Source of the DNA: Mizuhopecten yessoensis
Lineage: Eukaryota
Reading direction: 5' to 3'
Assembly: GCF_002113885.1 (NCBI RefSeq)
Contig: NW_018408798.1
Span: 338,282 to 394,804 of the forward strand
DNA: 56,523 nucleotides
The notes under the pieces are model-generated. The model was not told the origin of the DNA. It saw only the letters and a list, made by a program, of their open reading frames with translations, and did no database searches. Positions 24,138-36,874 of this stretch are shown here, piece after piece (positions within the stretch are counted from its first letter, which is position 1; each line of letters begins with the position of its first letter). A program made the position numbers and the translations under genes.

Positions 24138-26089
24138 GTAAGTTGTCTTTTCTAGCAGAATACAGTGAACACTTTGTTATAGTGTCACCATCTGTTAAGT
24201 ATAATTATGGCTTATCAAGAGGTTCCACAAAATATTGAGGGATATGTGTAAAGTAAAAAGGAAAAGGAGACAATGAATAACATTAGCAGAAAGTCATGAT
24301 CATGTGGCAGATAAATTGAGATCGGCTTTATATCAAGGTTTTTACTGTATAGTGAAAGTCTGTATATTTACCATATTAAGACCTTCATTTTCTTGATAAG
24401 GGTACCAGGTAGTTGTTTTATCAATTTATATATTGGAAAACTCTCTGTGTGTTACTGTGCAAAGCCACCAAGAAAACCTATATGAAATCTGATTGTGTTT
24501 CATTGCCTACAGCAATGGAGTTACTTCCCTTAGGCTTTAAAGTGACCTGATGTATTTTGGTTACTAGGGCAATGATATAAAAAATATATATGGATCAAAT
24601 GTAAATATATCAACCCTTGAAATAATAAAAATTCTGTTCCTTACTGTTATTCAGCAGCATCAAATGAAGACTGTTTTTATTTATTTATTGAGTAATTTTA
24701 AATGATACACCAGCAAAATTTCCCCAACATGGCTGGAATTTAGAGATTTTTAAATGGAGTTTTGGATGCTCTACAAATTCAGCTGTACATCAAAGACTTA
24801 CAGAATGATGCAAGCACTGATTTACAATTGAGTTTGTCTCCATGTATACTTTTTTTAAACTTCTCTGATTTGAAAATTAGCTAGTTCAAAAATATTGTCT
24901 GCGTCAGGTATTATCACCTGACCTACTCTGTTAGGGTTTGGGCCGTTTTTTATGAAATTCATGTCAGGAGGTTAATCCCTTTCCTGTCTTGCACATTGAT
25001 GCATACCCTCCTCTTCTGTGAAATGAAAATGATGAGGTTTCTATCACTAAAATTAAACAACATTAATCGTTTCATTAAGCACTGTCTGTAAACATTTTAT
25101 AAATTACCGTGTTCATCTAAATTAAAACCCAGTGCTGAAAATTTCAAGATTGAATTCAAATTATTTAGATCATTTTGACGTGGGCATTAAAACAAAATAT
25201 TTTCATCAAAGCTTTTTAAGTCTGATTGCGGAGATATATTAGGCTTTTAAACTAAATTGAAAATTTTCATATACTTATTTTTAATTTGTCTTAATATGGC
25301 ACCCTTATCATCGTAGACATGGATTGTTAGCTTCAAATTATTTTATCACTAGTCAACATTTATACACCAATTCATCATTAAGCTAACCAGGCTTTCAGTG
25401 AAAGTCTGCACTATGTTTTATCTTTATTTTTTTATTCTAATGATGAAGTCATCAGAGGGCAAGGTCAAAAGGTCACTTGGTTACAATAATAAAATAGAGG
25501 AAATCCTTCTGTTATGTATTAAAGCAGAGCTGCACACCAAAAAGGTCTATCAGAAAAAGAAATCAGTATTTGCCTCCAATCGTAAGGATTCATTTAAAAT
25601 CCTTTTCTTTGTTGTATTTTTATTTCAATGTGTTTTTAAAAAATACCATACAGACAATCATTCATGTTTGGTTGTTAATAGGGGATAGAAATCTGGCCAG
25701 AGATATGTTGTTTTACTGTTACAGACAGTTGTATTTGACTCCTGATGAAAAGAATTTGCCATAAATGTAAGAACGGTTTGTGAATGAAATTTGATGGGCA
25801 CAATGAATTGTGGGGGGTTTCACTGAGGCTTCTAATCTGAAAAAAAAGACGCCTACTACTCGGCTGTGGGCATGTTAACAACTAGGGGCATCATTTACAT
25901 CAAATATGGTCAGACAGGATTCTCCGGTACAGTTTTCTCAGCGCCTAAGCAATGGATGACGGCCAACCTGTGATGGATCTCAATGATTTCACTGTCAGCC
26001 ATTAGGCCTATACAACCAAACCTTCCACGATTTTAATTCCATCTGAATTAAACTTCCCAAAATATCTAACTCGCTACTCACGATTTCAG

Positions 26090-26140
26090 ACATATTTCAT
26101 AATACAGAAGAAAAAAATGTTGCCTACGTTTTGGCTATAG
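26090..26140 (+). CDS. Candidate symmetric cassette exon (51 nt): (D)IFHNTEEKNVAYVLAI
   Basis: CTAAC branch-like motif at 26066-26070, tttcag acceptor, TAG|GTAATA donor; phase 1-1 and open. Confidence 0.3.
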   Translation, partial: TYFIIQKKKMLPTFWL

Positions 26141-27589
26141 GTAATATTGGCGCCCTGGTAGACATGTGTGTATTTGGCTGATTAAGGATAAGCCAGACTC
26201 TCTGTGTGGTAACAGATACTGACTTCACTTCACTCTTCTCTTAATAGTCAAACATACACTTAAGTTCTATCCTTATTTGTTTGCAGAAGTGGTTTGCAAA
26301 GAAGAAAAAAAAAAAACTGTAAATTGTATTGAAAGACAAAATTTTAAAAAACACAAAAACTTTCAATAATTTTGACATTTGTCCGAATATTTATGATAAA
26401 AGAATGACTTTGATTTTGATATAACTAAATGTATCAGTTTAGTTAGTGTTTGTGGGTATCTTTTATATCTAGTTTTATCTTTTAAATTCTACACCTGATT
26501 TAATAAAGTTAAAAAATTGTATGTATGCCCTCCACCCCACCTCCCCACCCACCCCCACCCCCCATCATGAACTCACGAGAAGACACTAGGTGTTATTATC
26601 CCACTTGGTTACATGTTTCTTATCATTATGTAATGTTTATAGTGGATAAGGTTTCATGTTAGGTTAAGTGTGGTCGGTTGGCCTCTTTTTTAATTGTTTA
26701 TCTACAATGATTTATATTTCCGGAGTTTCATACAGAGGCGTGTCACTTCACTTCATATTTGTTATAACTTGGAATGTTCTCATTTGTTATAAGTAGGTTA
26801 TGCATTACATCCACATTACTTTCAACAAAATACTTTACGAAAGAACAAAATACTCTATGAAAGAAAAAGTTCACCCCTGTTATATTTTTGCAGTTTTTGC
26901 CCTAGACGAAATGAGGGTTAATTCATCAAGCTAAGAAAACTATAACATTCGTAGTTGTGATGGTAATGAAAAACATAATGTTGATTTATTAAAGTGAAAC
27001 TGTATTAAAAAGCCAAAGGGGAGACAATTTGATAGCGTGGAGGTGTTCAATTATATATTTTAAGTACTAGACCACAAGGAGACATTTAAAAATTCCTACA
27101 TAAATATAAAAACATCACTATCCCTAATGAGAAATATGCTGCAATTTCATTTTACTAATTATATCTTAATGAGTTGTTATATATACAAGGACATGTTAAA
27201 TCTTATAACTGATCCCTTGTACAATGAAAGTATGATTGTGTATAATAAAAGTTGACCAAGTTATATGATTACCTTACATGATGTAGTTACGCTCTAATTA
27301 CGCGGACTGATGGATTTATCAACACATGTATATGAACATGCAGAGGCAATTAACCTTGGTTAAGAACATGTACTGCCGACGTCAGGAAGAACACTTATTC
27401 ACTATCGGACGTTTCAGGAAGACTGATAATTTTTAAAAGTCTTGCTACATTAGCTTTACAGTACATGAGGTCCAGACAGCCCCTTCCTGTGTAAAACCCT
27501 CTGATAAATGTTCACAGAATTATCATTGCAGTCTGTTTTTCTTAGAATCTGATATTCATATGACATACACCAGTAGAAATTCTAGACTT

Positions 27590-28312
27590 CAACAAAACCT
27601 CCCAGATGTTACATTGAACACTGGGACAGGGCCAGATACCAACCCCCAACAAAACCTCCCAGATGTTATATTGAACACTGGGACAGGGCCAGATACCAAG
27701 CCCCAACAAAACCTCCCAGATGTTACATTGAACACTGGGACAGGGCCAGCCACCAAGCCCCAACAAAACCTCCCAGATGTTACATTGAACACTGGACAAG
27801 GGCCAGATACCAAGCCCCAACAAAACCTCCCAGATGTTACATTGAACCCTGGGACAGGGCCAGCCACCATGCCCCAACAAACCCTCCCAGATGTTACATT
27901 GAACACTGGACAAGGGCCAGATACCAAGCCCCAACAAACCCTCCCAGATGTTACATTGAACACTGGGACAGAGGCCAGCCACCAAGCCCCAACAAAACCT
28001 CCCAGATATTACATTGAACACTGGGACAGGGCCAGCCACCAAGCCCCAACAAAACCTCCCAGATATTACATTGAACACTGGGACAGGGCCAGCCACCATC
28101 CCCCAACAAAACATCCCAGATGTTACATTGAACACTGGGACAGGGCCAGCCACCAAGCCCAAACAAAACCCCCCAGATGTTACATTGAACACTGGGACAG
28201 GGCCAGCCACCAAGCCCAAACGAAACCTCCCAGATGTTACATTGAACACTGGGACAGGGCCAGCCACCAAGCCCCAACAAACCTCCCAGATGTTACATTG
28301 AACACTGGGACA
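27590..28312. repeat. 57-bp minisatellite (caacaaaacctcccagatgttacattgaacactgggacagggccagccaccaagccc), about 12.7 copies
   Basis: 19-residue periodicity in the ORFs on both strands. Confidence 0.98.
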
Positions 28313-28429
28313 CCAAGCCCTTGTTAATTGGAATATAGTTCAAATAGCAGAAAAACATCTTTGTCCAAAACAAAATCGTACAACATTTGTCTCCTTCCTC
28401 ATAACTGTCTCATGCATCAAAAGTTGGAT

Positions 28430-28752
28430 CCCTGTATTAGGGACCTGTCCCCTTACCTTTCTCCTGTATTAGGGACCTGTCCCCTTACCTTTCTCCTGTA
28501 TTAGGGACCTGTCCCCTTCCCTTTCTCCTGTATTAGGGACCTGTCCCCTTACCTTTCTCCTATATTAGGGACCTGTCCCCTTACCTTTCTCCTGTATTAG
28601 GGACCTGTCCCCTTACCTTTTCCTATATTAGGGACCTGTCCCCTTACCTTTCTCCTATATTAGGGACCTGTCCCCTTACCTTTCTCCTGTATTAGGGACC
28701 TGTCCTCTTACCTTTTCCTGTATTAGGGACCTGTCCCTTACCTTTCTCCTGT
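28430..28752. repeat. 32-bp minisatellite (cctgtattagggacctgtccccttacctttct), about 10 copies
   Basis: Read directly. Confidence 0.97.
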
Positions 28753-29149
28753 TTCAGACACCTGCCTATCTGCTTCAGAGGTCTGGTAAACTACAACGGT
28801 AGTCTGCCGGCTGCTGGCAACTATTGGTCACATCAGAGCTTTAATAGCTGTGTGAATATGTATCAGTATCTAAAGGAAGTTAATCATGATGGAGTGGCGT
28901 TAAATATTGCTTTTGTTATCCAACTATTACGGTTAGACTTTACAACTGAAAAGTTTTTGACAGTTCTTGAACCCAACTGTGCTAGTTACCACAGGTTTTA
29001 CTTCTTCCGTTGGCGTTATATGTACAGTAAGACCTAAAGTATCCCTTAAGTCATTTCTGAAAGGAAAACCGTACCTTACGGGTTAGGAACAAATATACAA
29101 AATGTAATCAACAACACAATTGTGAGTGTAAAATTTCAGTGTTGCAACA

Positions 29150-29400
29150 AGACCAGGATTTGAACCCTGATCAACGGATTGTTATACTATCGCTCTTACC
29201 GCCTGATCAACAGATTGTTATACTATCACTCTTACCCCCTGATCAACAGATTGTTATACTATCACTCTTACCACCTGATCAACGGATTGTTATACTATCG
29301 CTCTTACTGCTGATCAACAGATTGTTATACTATCGCTCTTACCGCCTGATCAACGGATTGTTATACTATCGCTCTTACCGCCTGATCAACAGAACCTGGT
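29150..29400 (-). mobile_element. tRNA-like (SINE-head-like) sequence whose 36-bp A-box-to-variable-loop segment is repeated about 6 times
   Basis: The minus strand reads (TTGATCAGGCGGTAAGAGCGATAGTATAACAATCCG)n followed by TTGATCAGGGTTCAAATCCTGG. The B box GGTTCAAATCC maps to 29156-29166. The 36-bp repeat is certain; the SINE identity is inferred. Confidence 0.5.
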
Positions 29401-29523
29401 CTATTCGAAACAAAATTAAGGGGAGATAACTGTATATTCAAAAAGCTACTATGGAGCTCTCTAGTGTTATGCCTGCAGTGGGACAGGGATCCTTGAAACA
29501 GTTGTAATAATATAAGTGTTTAT

Positions 29524-30654
29524 GTCAGAGTAATATGATCAGACACTACACGTCAGAGTAGTGATCAGACACTACACGTCAGAGTAGTAATCAGACACTA
29601 CACATCAGAGTAGTGATCAGACACTACACATCAGAGTAGTGACCCCACACTTACATTGAACACTGGGATCAGACACTACACATCAGAGTAGTGATCAGAC
29701 ACTACATGTCAGAGTAGTGATCAGACTCTACACGTCAGAGTAGTGATCAGACACTACACGTCAGAGTAGTGATCAAACACTACACATCAGAGTAGTGATC
29801 AGACACTACATGTCAGAGTAGTGATCAGACACTACATGTCAGAGTAGTGATCAGATTCTACACGTCAGATAGTGATCAGGCACTACACGTCAGAGTAGTG
29901 ATCAGACGCTACATGTCAGAGTAGTGAGCAGACACTACATGTCAGAGTAGTGACCAGACACTACACGTCAGAGTAGTGATCAAACACTACACGTCAGAGT
30001 AGTGATCAAACACTACATATCAGAGTAGTGATCAGACACTACACGGCAGAGTAGTAATCAGACACTACACATCAGAGGAGTGATCAGACACTACACGTCA
30101 GAGAAGTGATCAGACACTACACGTCAGAGAAGTAATCAGACACTACACGTCAGAGGAGTGATCAGACACTACACATTAGAGCAGTGATCAGACACTACAC
30201 GTCAGAGGAATAATCAGACACTACACGTCAGAGTAGTGATCAGACACTACACGTCAGAGGAGTGATCATACACTACACATCAGAGCAGTGATCAGACACT
30301 ACACGTCAGAGTAGTGATCAGACACTACACGTCAGAGCAGTGATCAGACACTTCACGTCAGAGCAGTGATCAGACACTACATGTCAGCACTACATGTCAG
30401 AGCAGTGATCAGACACTACACATCAGAGTAGTGATCAGACACCACACGTCAGAGTAGTGATCAGACACTACACGTCAGAGGAGTGATCATACACTACACA
30501 TCAGAGCAGTGATCAGACACTACATGTCAGAGTAGTGATCAGACACTACACGTCAGAGTAGTGATCAGACACTACACATCAGAGCAGTGATTAGACACTA
30601 CATGTCAGAGTAGTGATCAGACACTACATGTCAGAGTAGTGATCAGATTCTACA
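29524..30654. repeat. 26-bp minisatellite (gtgatcagacactacacgtcagagta), about 43 copies
   Basis: Units at 29551 and 29577. Confidence 0.98.
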
Positions 30655-31040
30655 CCGGAAACGTTCTTTTTGAGTGGGGTGATGTTCTATTGATAAAAAA
30701 AGTGATATCTTTTAAATGATGGATTTAATATGGTATACAGTCCCAAACAGTATCTGTCCTGACACAGTACAGAAAAAAAGGTGATTCATACAAATTCCAT
30801 TAAATGGAAACTTGCGTGATTAATTAACAAATAATCAGATGAACTTCTGTGGCACAGTGGGTGGTTGGTGAGGTGCATACATTTATCATTTCTTTGTGTG
30901 CGTAAAACTACACAGAGGTGTTTTTAAACAATCCAGATGCAACAGTTTTGTTGAAGGTCTGCGGTAGTTCTAATACAGGAAATAGCGAGATCACTGAGAT
31001 ATTGTCAGCAGACGTGATGTACTCATATTTTTTCTCTCAG

Positions 31041-31070
31041 AAATTCCCATTGGACCAGAGTCTCTGGCAG
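31041..31070 (+). CDS. Candidate symmetric micro-exon (30 nt): (E)IPIGPESLA
   Basis: Strong acceptor ttttttctctcag but a weaker donor CAG|GTGCAG; phase 1-1 and open. Confidence 0.25.
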
Positions 31071-31359
31071 GTGCAGCAAGCGGAAGAATTGCGTCAAATG
31101 TTGCACGTCTTCAACCCTCAGTTTATCTGGAGGGCCTCGGCTACAGAGCTCTTGTCTGTGTATCGCAGTCACTGAGTTCGCTACCTACGTACATACTTAT
31201 CACCCAATACACAGCTATTATACTGCAAACCACACTATTGTTTAATTATACTTAATGAATAATACATACATAAACCCTTGGGAAATGAATTTATATATTT
31301 ATTAGTCTTTAACTTGTGGTAATTTCTTATAAGATAAAACAGTGACTTTTGTCTCAACC

Positions 31360-31930
31360 CAACACCACAGTCAAACCTGAATTAACAGAACACACGAGTG
31401 ATTCCTGTCTAAATCGAACACCTTAATCAAACCAATCCAAATGGAACACCACACTCAAACCTGTTAAAACAACACCACGGTGACACCTTTCTTAACAAAA
31501 CGACACAGCAACACCTGTCTAAACAAAACACCACATTGACACCTGTCTAAACAGAACATCACAGTGACACCTGTCTAAACAGAACACCACAGTGACACCT
31601 GTCTAAACTTAACATCACAGTGACACCTGTCTAAACAGAACACCACATTGATACCTGTCTAAACAGAACATCACAGTGAAACCTATCTAAACAGAACACC
31701 ACAGTGACACCTGTCTAAACTTAACATCACAGTGACACCTGTCTAAACAGAACACCACAGTGACACCTGTCTAAACAGAACATCACAGTGACACCTGTCT
31801 TAACAGAACACCACAGTGACACCTGTCTAAACTTAACATCACAGTGACACCTGTCTAAACAGAACACCACAGTGACACCTGTCTAAACAGAACATCACAG
31901 TGACACCAAACCAAACACAACACTGACACC
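31360..31930. repeat. 28-bp minisatellite (acacctgtctaaacagaacaccacagtg) with a degenerate 5' part starting CAGTCAAACCTG
   Basis: Clean copies run from 31511 to 31906. Confidence 0.95.
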
Positions 31931-33704
31931 AGACTTGAGTGAACATCACCAGTATTAATATTATTTGTTCAGAATATAAAGGTTTTCTTGAAGCACTCAT
32001 TTAGAGTTAGTTGAATGTCCTTTATGTATGTGATCCTGGATAGAACTATAGATTTCAGCTCAGATTACATTGTTTCCTCTACGTATTAAATGTGCAAAAA
32101 ACATCCTTCAAACTGAACTTTCATGCAAGTGATATTTCATTGATGAAAGTTAGATTCGCAAGATAAGAGGAAAACAATGTTTAAAAAACATTTAAATGAT
32201 AACTATAAGGTATCTGTAGAAACTATATATTATCACAAAAATTTGTTCATAATAACATAAAATCTGCATTTTCTTAATAAACTGTATTCCAGACAATGAA
32301 GATCCTGGTTGTTTAATTTAGATTTTTGGTCAAAACAACATTATATCTCGGTTGGTTTTACAGTCTTTCAGTCACAAAGTGATGTTTGGAATTATAGAAA
32401 AAATCTTCTCAACGGCTTTTTAACATCTGTGCATACATAGGTAGCAGGGTTGTGTTATGGAAGATGTAATTGGAAATAGATCAAGTTTTGGCACCAATCC
32501 TGGAACATTCTTATTGTAATGGATGATGTTGTCAAAAACAAACAAATCCTTCATCATTCCATTGATTGATTGATGACCTTTGAACCCACTGTTAGCTACT
32601 GATCCTGCCGAAATCTTTAAGCCTGGTATTATCTACGGCCCCAGAACTGTCAAATGGATGCGGCCTCACCTAGATTTTGGCAAAGTTCTAGTTGGTTTTT
32701 TCGGAGAAGTAGGGATAATAGTTATGATGTATAAACAACATTGTTCAAATAGCGGCGGAAAACCTGACTGTGTAATTATAGCCCCCCCTAAGTAGGTCAG
32801 ACATGTTTCCTCCATCTAATGAGGAGAACAGAACACTGAAGAGGAACTTTATAATACAAGTAGTGATATCTGTAATCTAGAACACATATTTGTTTTGTTC
32901 AGAAGCATTTTTGCTCTTTAAAGTTCAAATGAAAATGTATATTTCATTGCTGTGGGTTTGATGACGTGGTCAGTGGTTAAGGAATGTTTTTATCAGGGAA
33001 ATGTTAATCTCTCTGGAGGCTGTGATATACACCGACATGCTGAAGAATCAGCGTGCACCAGCCTTCTAGCTGCATGTAGATACTTTATCTTCTTGTAGAC
33101 TTCATCAGTGGATGTTAAAATCGTATTAATGATCATATATCACTGATAAGTCTGGGAACAGTTGTTTTAATAGCCTTTAAGTATTTAGCTGCATTTCAAG
33201 TATATATGTTCACTGAAGAAGTATTTCTGATAATGAAATCTGGGAAAAAATACCAAGCCATTGATACAGTTTCAAATATAAGGAAGTTTATTTCAATACT
33301 TTATAGAAATCATTAATAGTGTATGAATAAGACAGAAAAAAGAGTAACTGCATGAATTTGCGATGAGTTACTGCTGTACCGAGATTTTGACCTTGATCTT
33401 TGGTTACTAAGCTGGTCATTATGTCTTGACCAGCAGAATGTGTGGCCCAGTCTGTCTGGTAGGACTGTCCTTGAATTGAAGGTTACAAGGCCTATTATCA
33501 CTTGTGCTGTAGGTCATTGTATGGAAATTGTTTTGGCAGTCATTAGTCAAAACTCTTACCAACTTTAACCTAACAAACCACTCACAGAGTCCATACATAA
33601 AAACCTGTCTTTACTGGAAATCTTTGTAGATTACTATACAACTCTTCTTCGGAACCTCCATTAAATAAAACCTATCCTTAAAATCTGTGTAATGTCTGTC
33701 TTTG

Positions 33705-35910
33705 TAACCTCTAATAACTAAAACCTCTCTTTGGAACCTCTATTAGATAAAACCTTTCTTTGGAATCTCTATTAGATAAAACCTTTCTTTGGAACGTCTA
33801 TTAGATAAAACCTTTCTTTGGAACCTCTATTAGATAAAACCTTTCTTTGGAACCTCTATTAGATTAAACCTTTCTTTGGAACCTCTATTAGATAAAACCT
33901 TTCTTTGGAATCTCCATTAGATAAAACCTTTCTTTCGAACCTCTATTAGATAAAACCTTTCTTTGGAACCTCTATTAGATGAAACCTTTCTTTGGAACCT
34001 CTATTAGATAAAACCTTTCTTTGGAACCTCTATAAGATAAAACTTTCATTGGAATGTCTATTAGATAAAACCTTTCTTTGGAACCTCTATAAGATAAAAC
34101 TTTCACTGGAACGTCTATTAGATAAAACCTTTCTTTGGAACCTCTATTAGATAAAACCTTTCATTGGAACTTCGATTAGATAAAACCTGTCTTTGGAACC
34201 TCTATTAGATAAAACCTTTCATTGGAACTTTTATTAGATATAACCTTTCTTTGGAACCTCTATAAGATAAAACCTCTCTTTGGAACCTCTATTAGATAAA
34301 ACCTTTCATTGGAACTTCTATTAGATATAACCTTTCTTTGGAACCTCTATTAGATAAAACCTTTCTTTGGAACTTCTATTAGATAAAACCTTTCTTTGGA
34401 ACCTCTATTAGATAAAACTTTTCTTTGGAATTTCTATTAGATATAATCTTTCTTTGGAACCTCTATTAGATAAAACCTCTCTTTGGAACCTCTATAAGAT
34501 AAAACCTTTCTTTGGAACCTCTATTAGATAAAACCTCTCTTTGGAACCTCTATTAGATAAAACCTCTCTTTGGAACCTCTATTAGAAAAAACCTCTCTTT
34601 GGAACCTCTATTAGATAAAACCTTTCTTTGGAACCTCTATTAGATAAAACCTTTCTTTGGAACCTCTATTAGATCAAACCTTTCTTTGGAACCTCTATTA
34701 GATCAAACCTTTCATTGGAACCTCTAATACATAAAACCTGTCTTTTGAACTTCTATTAACTAAAACCTTTCTTTGGAACCTCTATTAAATAAAACCTTTC
34801 TTTGGAACCTCTTTTTTTAGATAAAACCTTTCTTTGGAACCTCTATTAGATAAAACCTTTCTTTGGAACCTCCATTAGATAAAACCTTTTATTGAAACCT
34901 CTATTAGATAAAACCTTTCATTGGATCCTCTATAACATAAAACCTTTCTTTGGAACCTCTATTAGATAAAACCTTTCATTGGAAACTCTATTAGATAAAA
35001 CCTTTCTTTTGAACTTCTATTAGATAAAACCTTTCCTTGAACCTCTATTAGATAAAACCTTTCATTGGAACCTCTATTAGATAAAACTTTTCTGTGGAAC
35101 CTCTATTAGATACAACCTCTCTTTGGAACCTCTATTAGATGAAACCTTTCTTTGGAACCTCTATTAGATAAAACCTTTCTTTGGAACTTATATTAGATAA
35201 AACCTTTCATTGGAACCTCTATTAGATCAAACCTTTCTTTGGAACTTATATTAGATAAAACCTTTCATTGGAACCTCTATTAGATAACACCTTTCTTTGG
35301 AACCTCTTTTAGATGAAACCTTTCTCTGGAACCTCTATTAGATACAACCTCTCTTTCGAACCTCTATTAGATAACACCTTTCTTTGGAACCTCTATTAGA
35401 TCAAACCTTTCATTGGAACCGCTATTAGATAAAACTTTTCTGCGGAACCTCTATTATATACAACCTCTCTTTGGAACCTCTATTAGATAAAACCTTTCTT
35501 TGGAACTTATATTAGATAAAAACTTTCATTGGAACTTTATTACATAAAACCTTTCTTTGGAACTTTATTACATAAAACCTTTCTTTGGAACCTCTGAAAA
35601 GTCAAACCTGTCTATAGAACCTCTGAAAAGTCAAACCTGTCTTTCTGTCTTCAGAACCTCTAACAATTAAAACCTGTCTTTGGAATCTCTAACAATTAAA
35701 ACCTGTCTTTGGAACCTCTAACAATTAAAACCTATCTTTGGAACCCCTAACAATAAAAACCTGTCTTTGGAACCTCTAGCAATTAAAACCTATCTTTGGA
35801 ATCTCTAACAATTAAAACCTGTCTTTGGAATCTCTAACAATTAAAACCTGTCTTTCGAACCTCTAACAATTAAAACCTGTCTTTGGATCCTCTAACAAGT
35901 TAAACCTTTC
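33705..35910. repeat. 29-bp minisatellite (ggaacctctattagataaaacctttcttt), about 75 copies, with a second variant after about 35650
   Basis: Read directly. Confidence 0.98.
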
Positions 35911-36874
35911 TTGTGAGACCAGAGAAAATCTTTCTGAAGTAAAAGGATATTATGATTGCTTTTAACTAGCTAAGATGTCAAATATAAACTTATCACCATA
36001 GTTAACATATAAAAACTCCGCTTTGTTTTGCTCTGTTGAAACAATATGGCTATGAACTTTAATGACTTTTTTAGGAAAACAAGGAGTAGGTGTCTGAAGT
36101 AATTATAAAAATAGGGGTGCTTGTTTCCAGAGAGAGTCTCCCCAGCCAAACCTCTTTTACCCTTGTGCACTTATAAAGGTTGGTGCTACTCCGCCATGCA
36201 AATATCCCATGTGTCAGGATCATGGCTCGACAAAGTAAGTGTGTCACTCAAAGTAATTATGCTAATGTACGACTAGAATGTTGATCGTCCATGTCGCTCT
36301 GACACGGAGACAGGAAATGACTGCAAGGTGATGTATGGAGACTGTCGCAACGGATATACAAATCATTTAAATACTGGCACCATAGATCTCACCAGAAAAC
36401 ATATTATGCATTTATACACTAATTATATAAACACAAGGTATACTGGCATCAATGTGATCCCATCAGAAAACACATACACAGATTATTAAACACCATGCAC
36501 CATAGATCTCACCAGAAAGCAGATATAAAAGTTATTTAAACAAAAGACACCATAGATGTCACTAGAAAACAGAAAGCACCATTTATTCGCTGTACTTTGG
36601 TCTGACTTAGAAGGCTTCCTGACAAGATATGCTGAGTTTCAAAATAAGAAAGTTAAAACAAAAATCAGAAAGCTTTCTAGAACATTGTTTTTGTTGATAC
36701 AGGCCTCTTGGGCCTCTTGCTGTTGATCTACCTGTTGGGGAAGTCAAGGAGGATATGTTGATACCTGTAATTAATTAACATCTTTTTATCTGTATCTCCA
36801 CATGTATTGACATTGGACACATGTTTCCAGGCTGAAGCTTTTTTACTGTCTGAGACCGTTATAAACAGGAGGAA

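Noticed and set aside
25399-25688. Phase-1-compatible acceptor (ctaac...tttcag) opening a 96-codon frame
   Set aside because: AT-rich low-complexity translation and no good donor. It shows that chance phase matches do occur in this intron.
36172-36240. TATAAA followed by ATGs and an A|GTAAGT donor (MARQ would be phase 1)
   Set aside because: ATGs occur in all three frames, so a phase match is guaranteed, and the best-context ATG (36196) is out of phase. Worth a glance in junction data only.
36696-36722. gatacaggcctcttgggcctcttg as a Helentron/HINE 3' end (and 17610-17900 as a decayed 5' part)
   Set aside because: The resemblance is from memory only, and the match is too short and degenerate to call without a library search.
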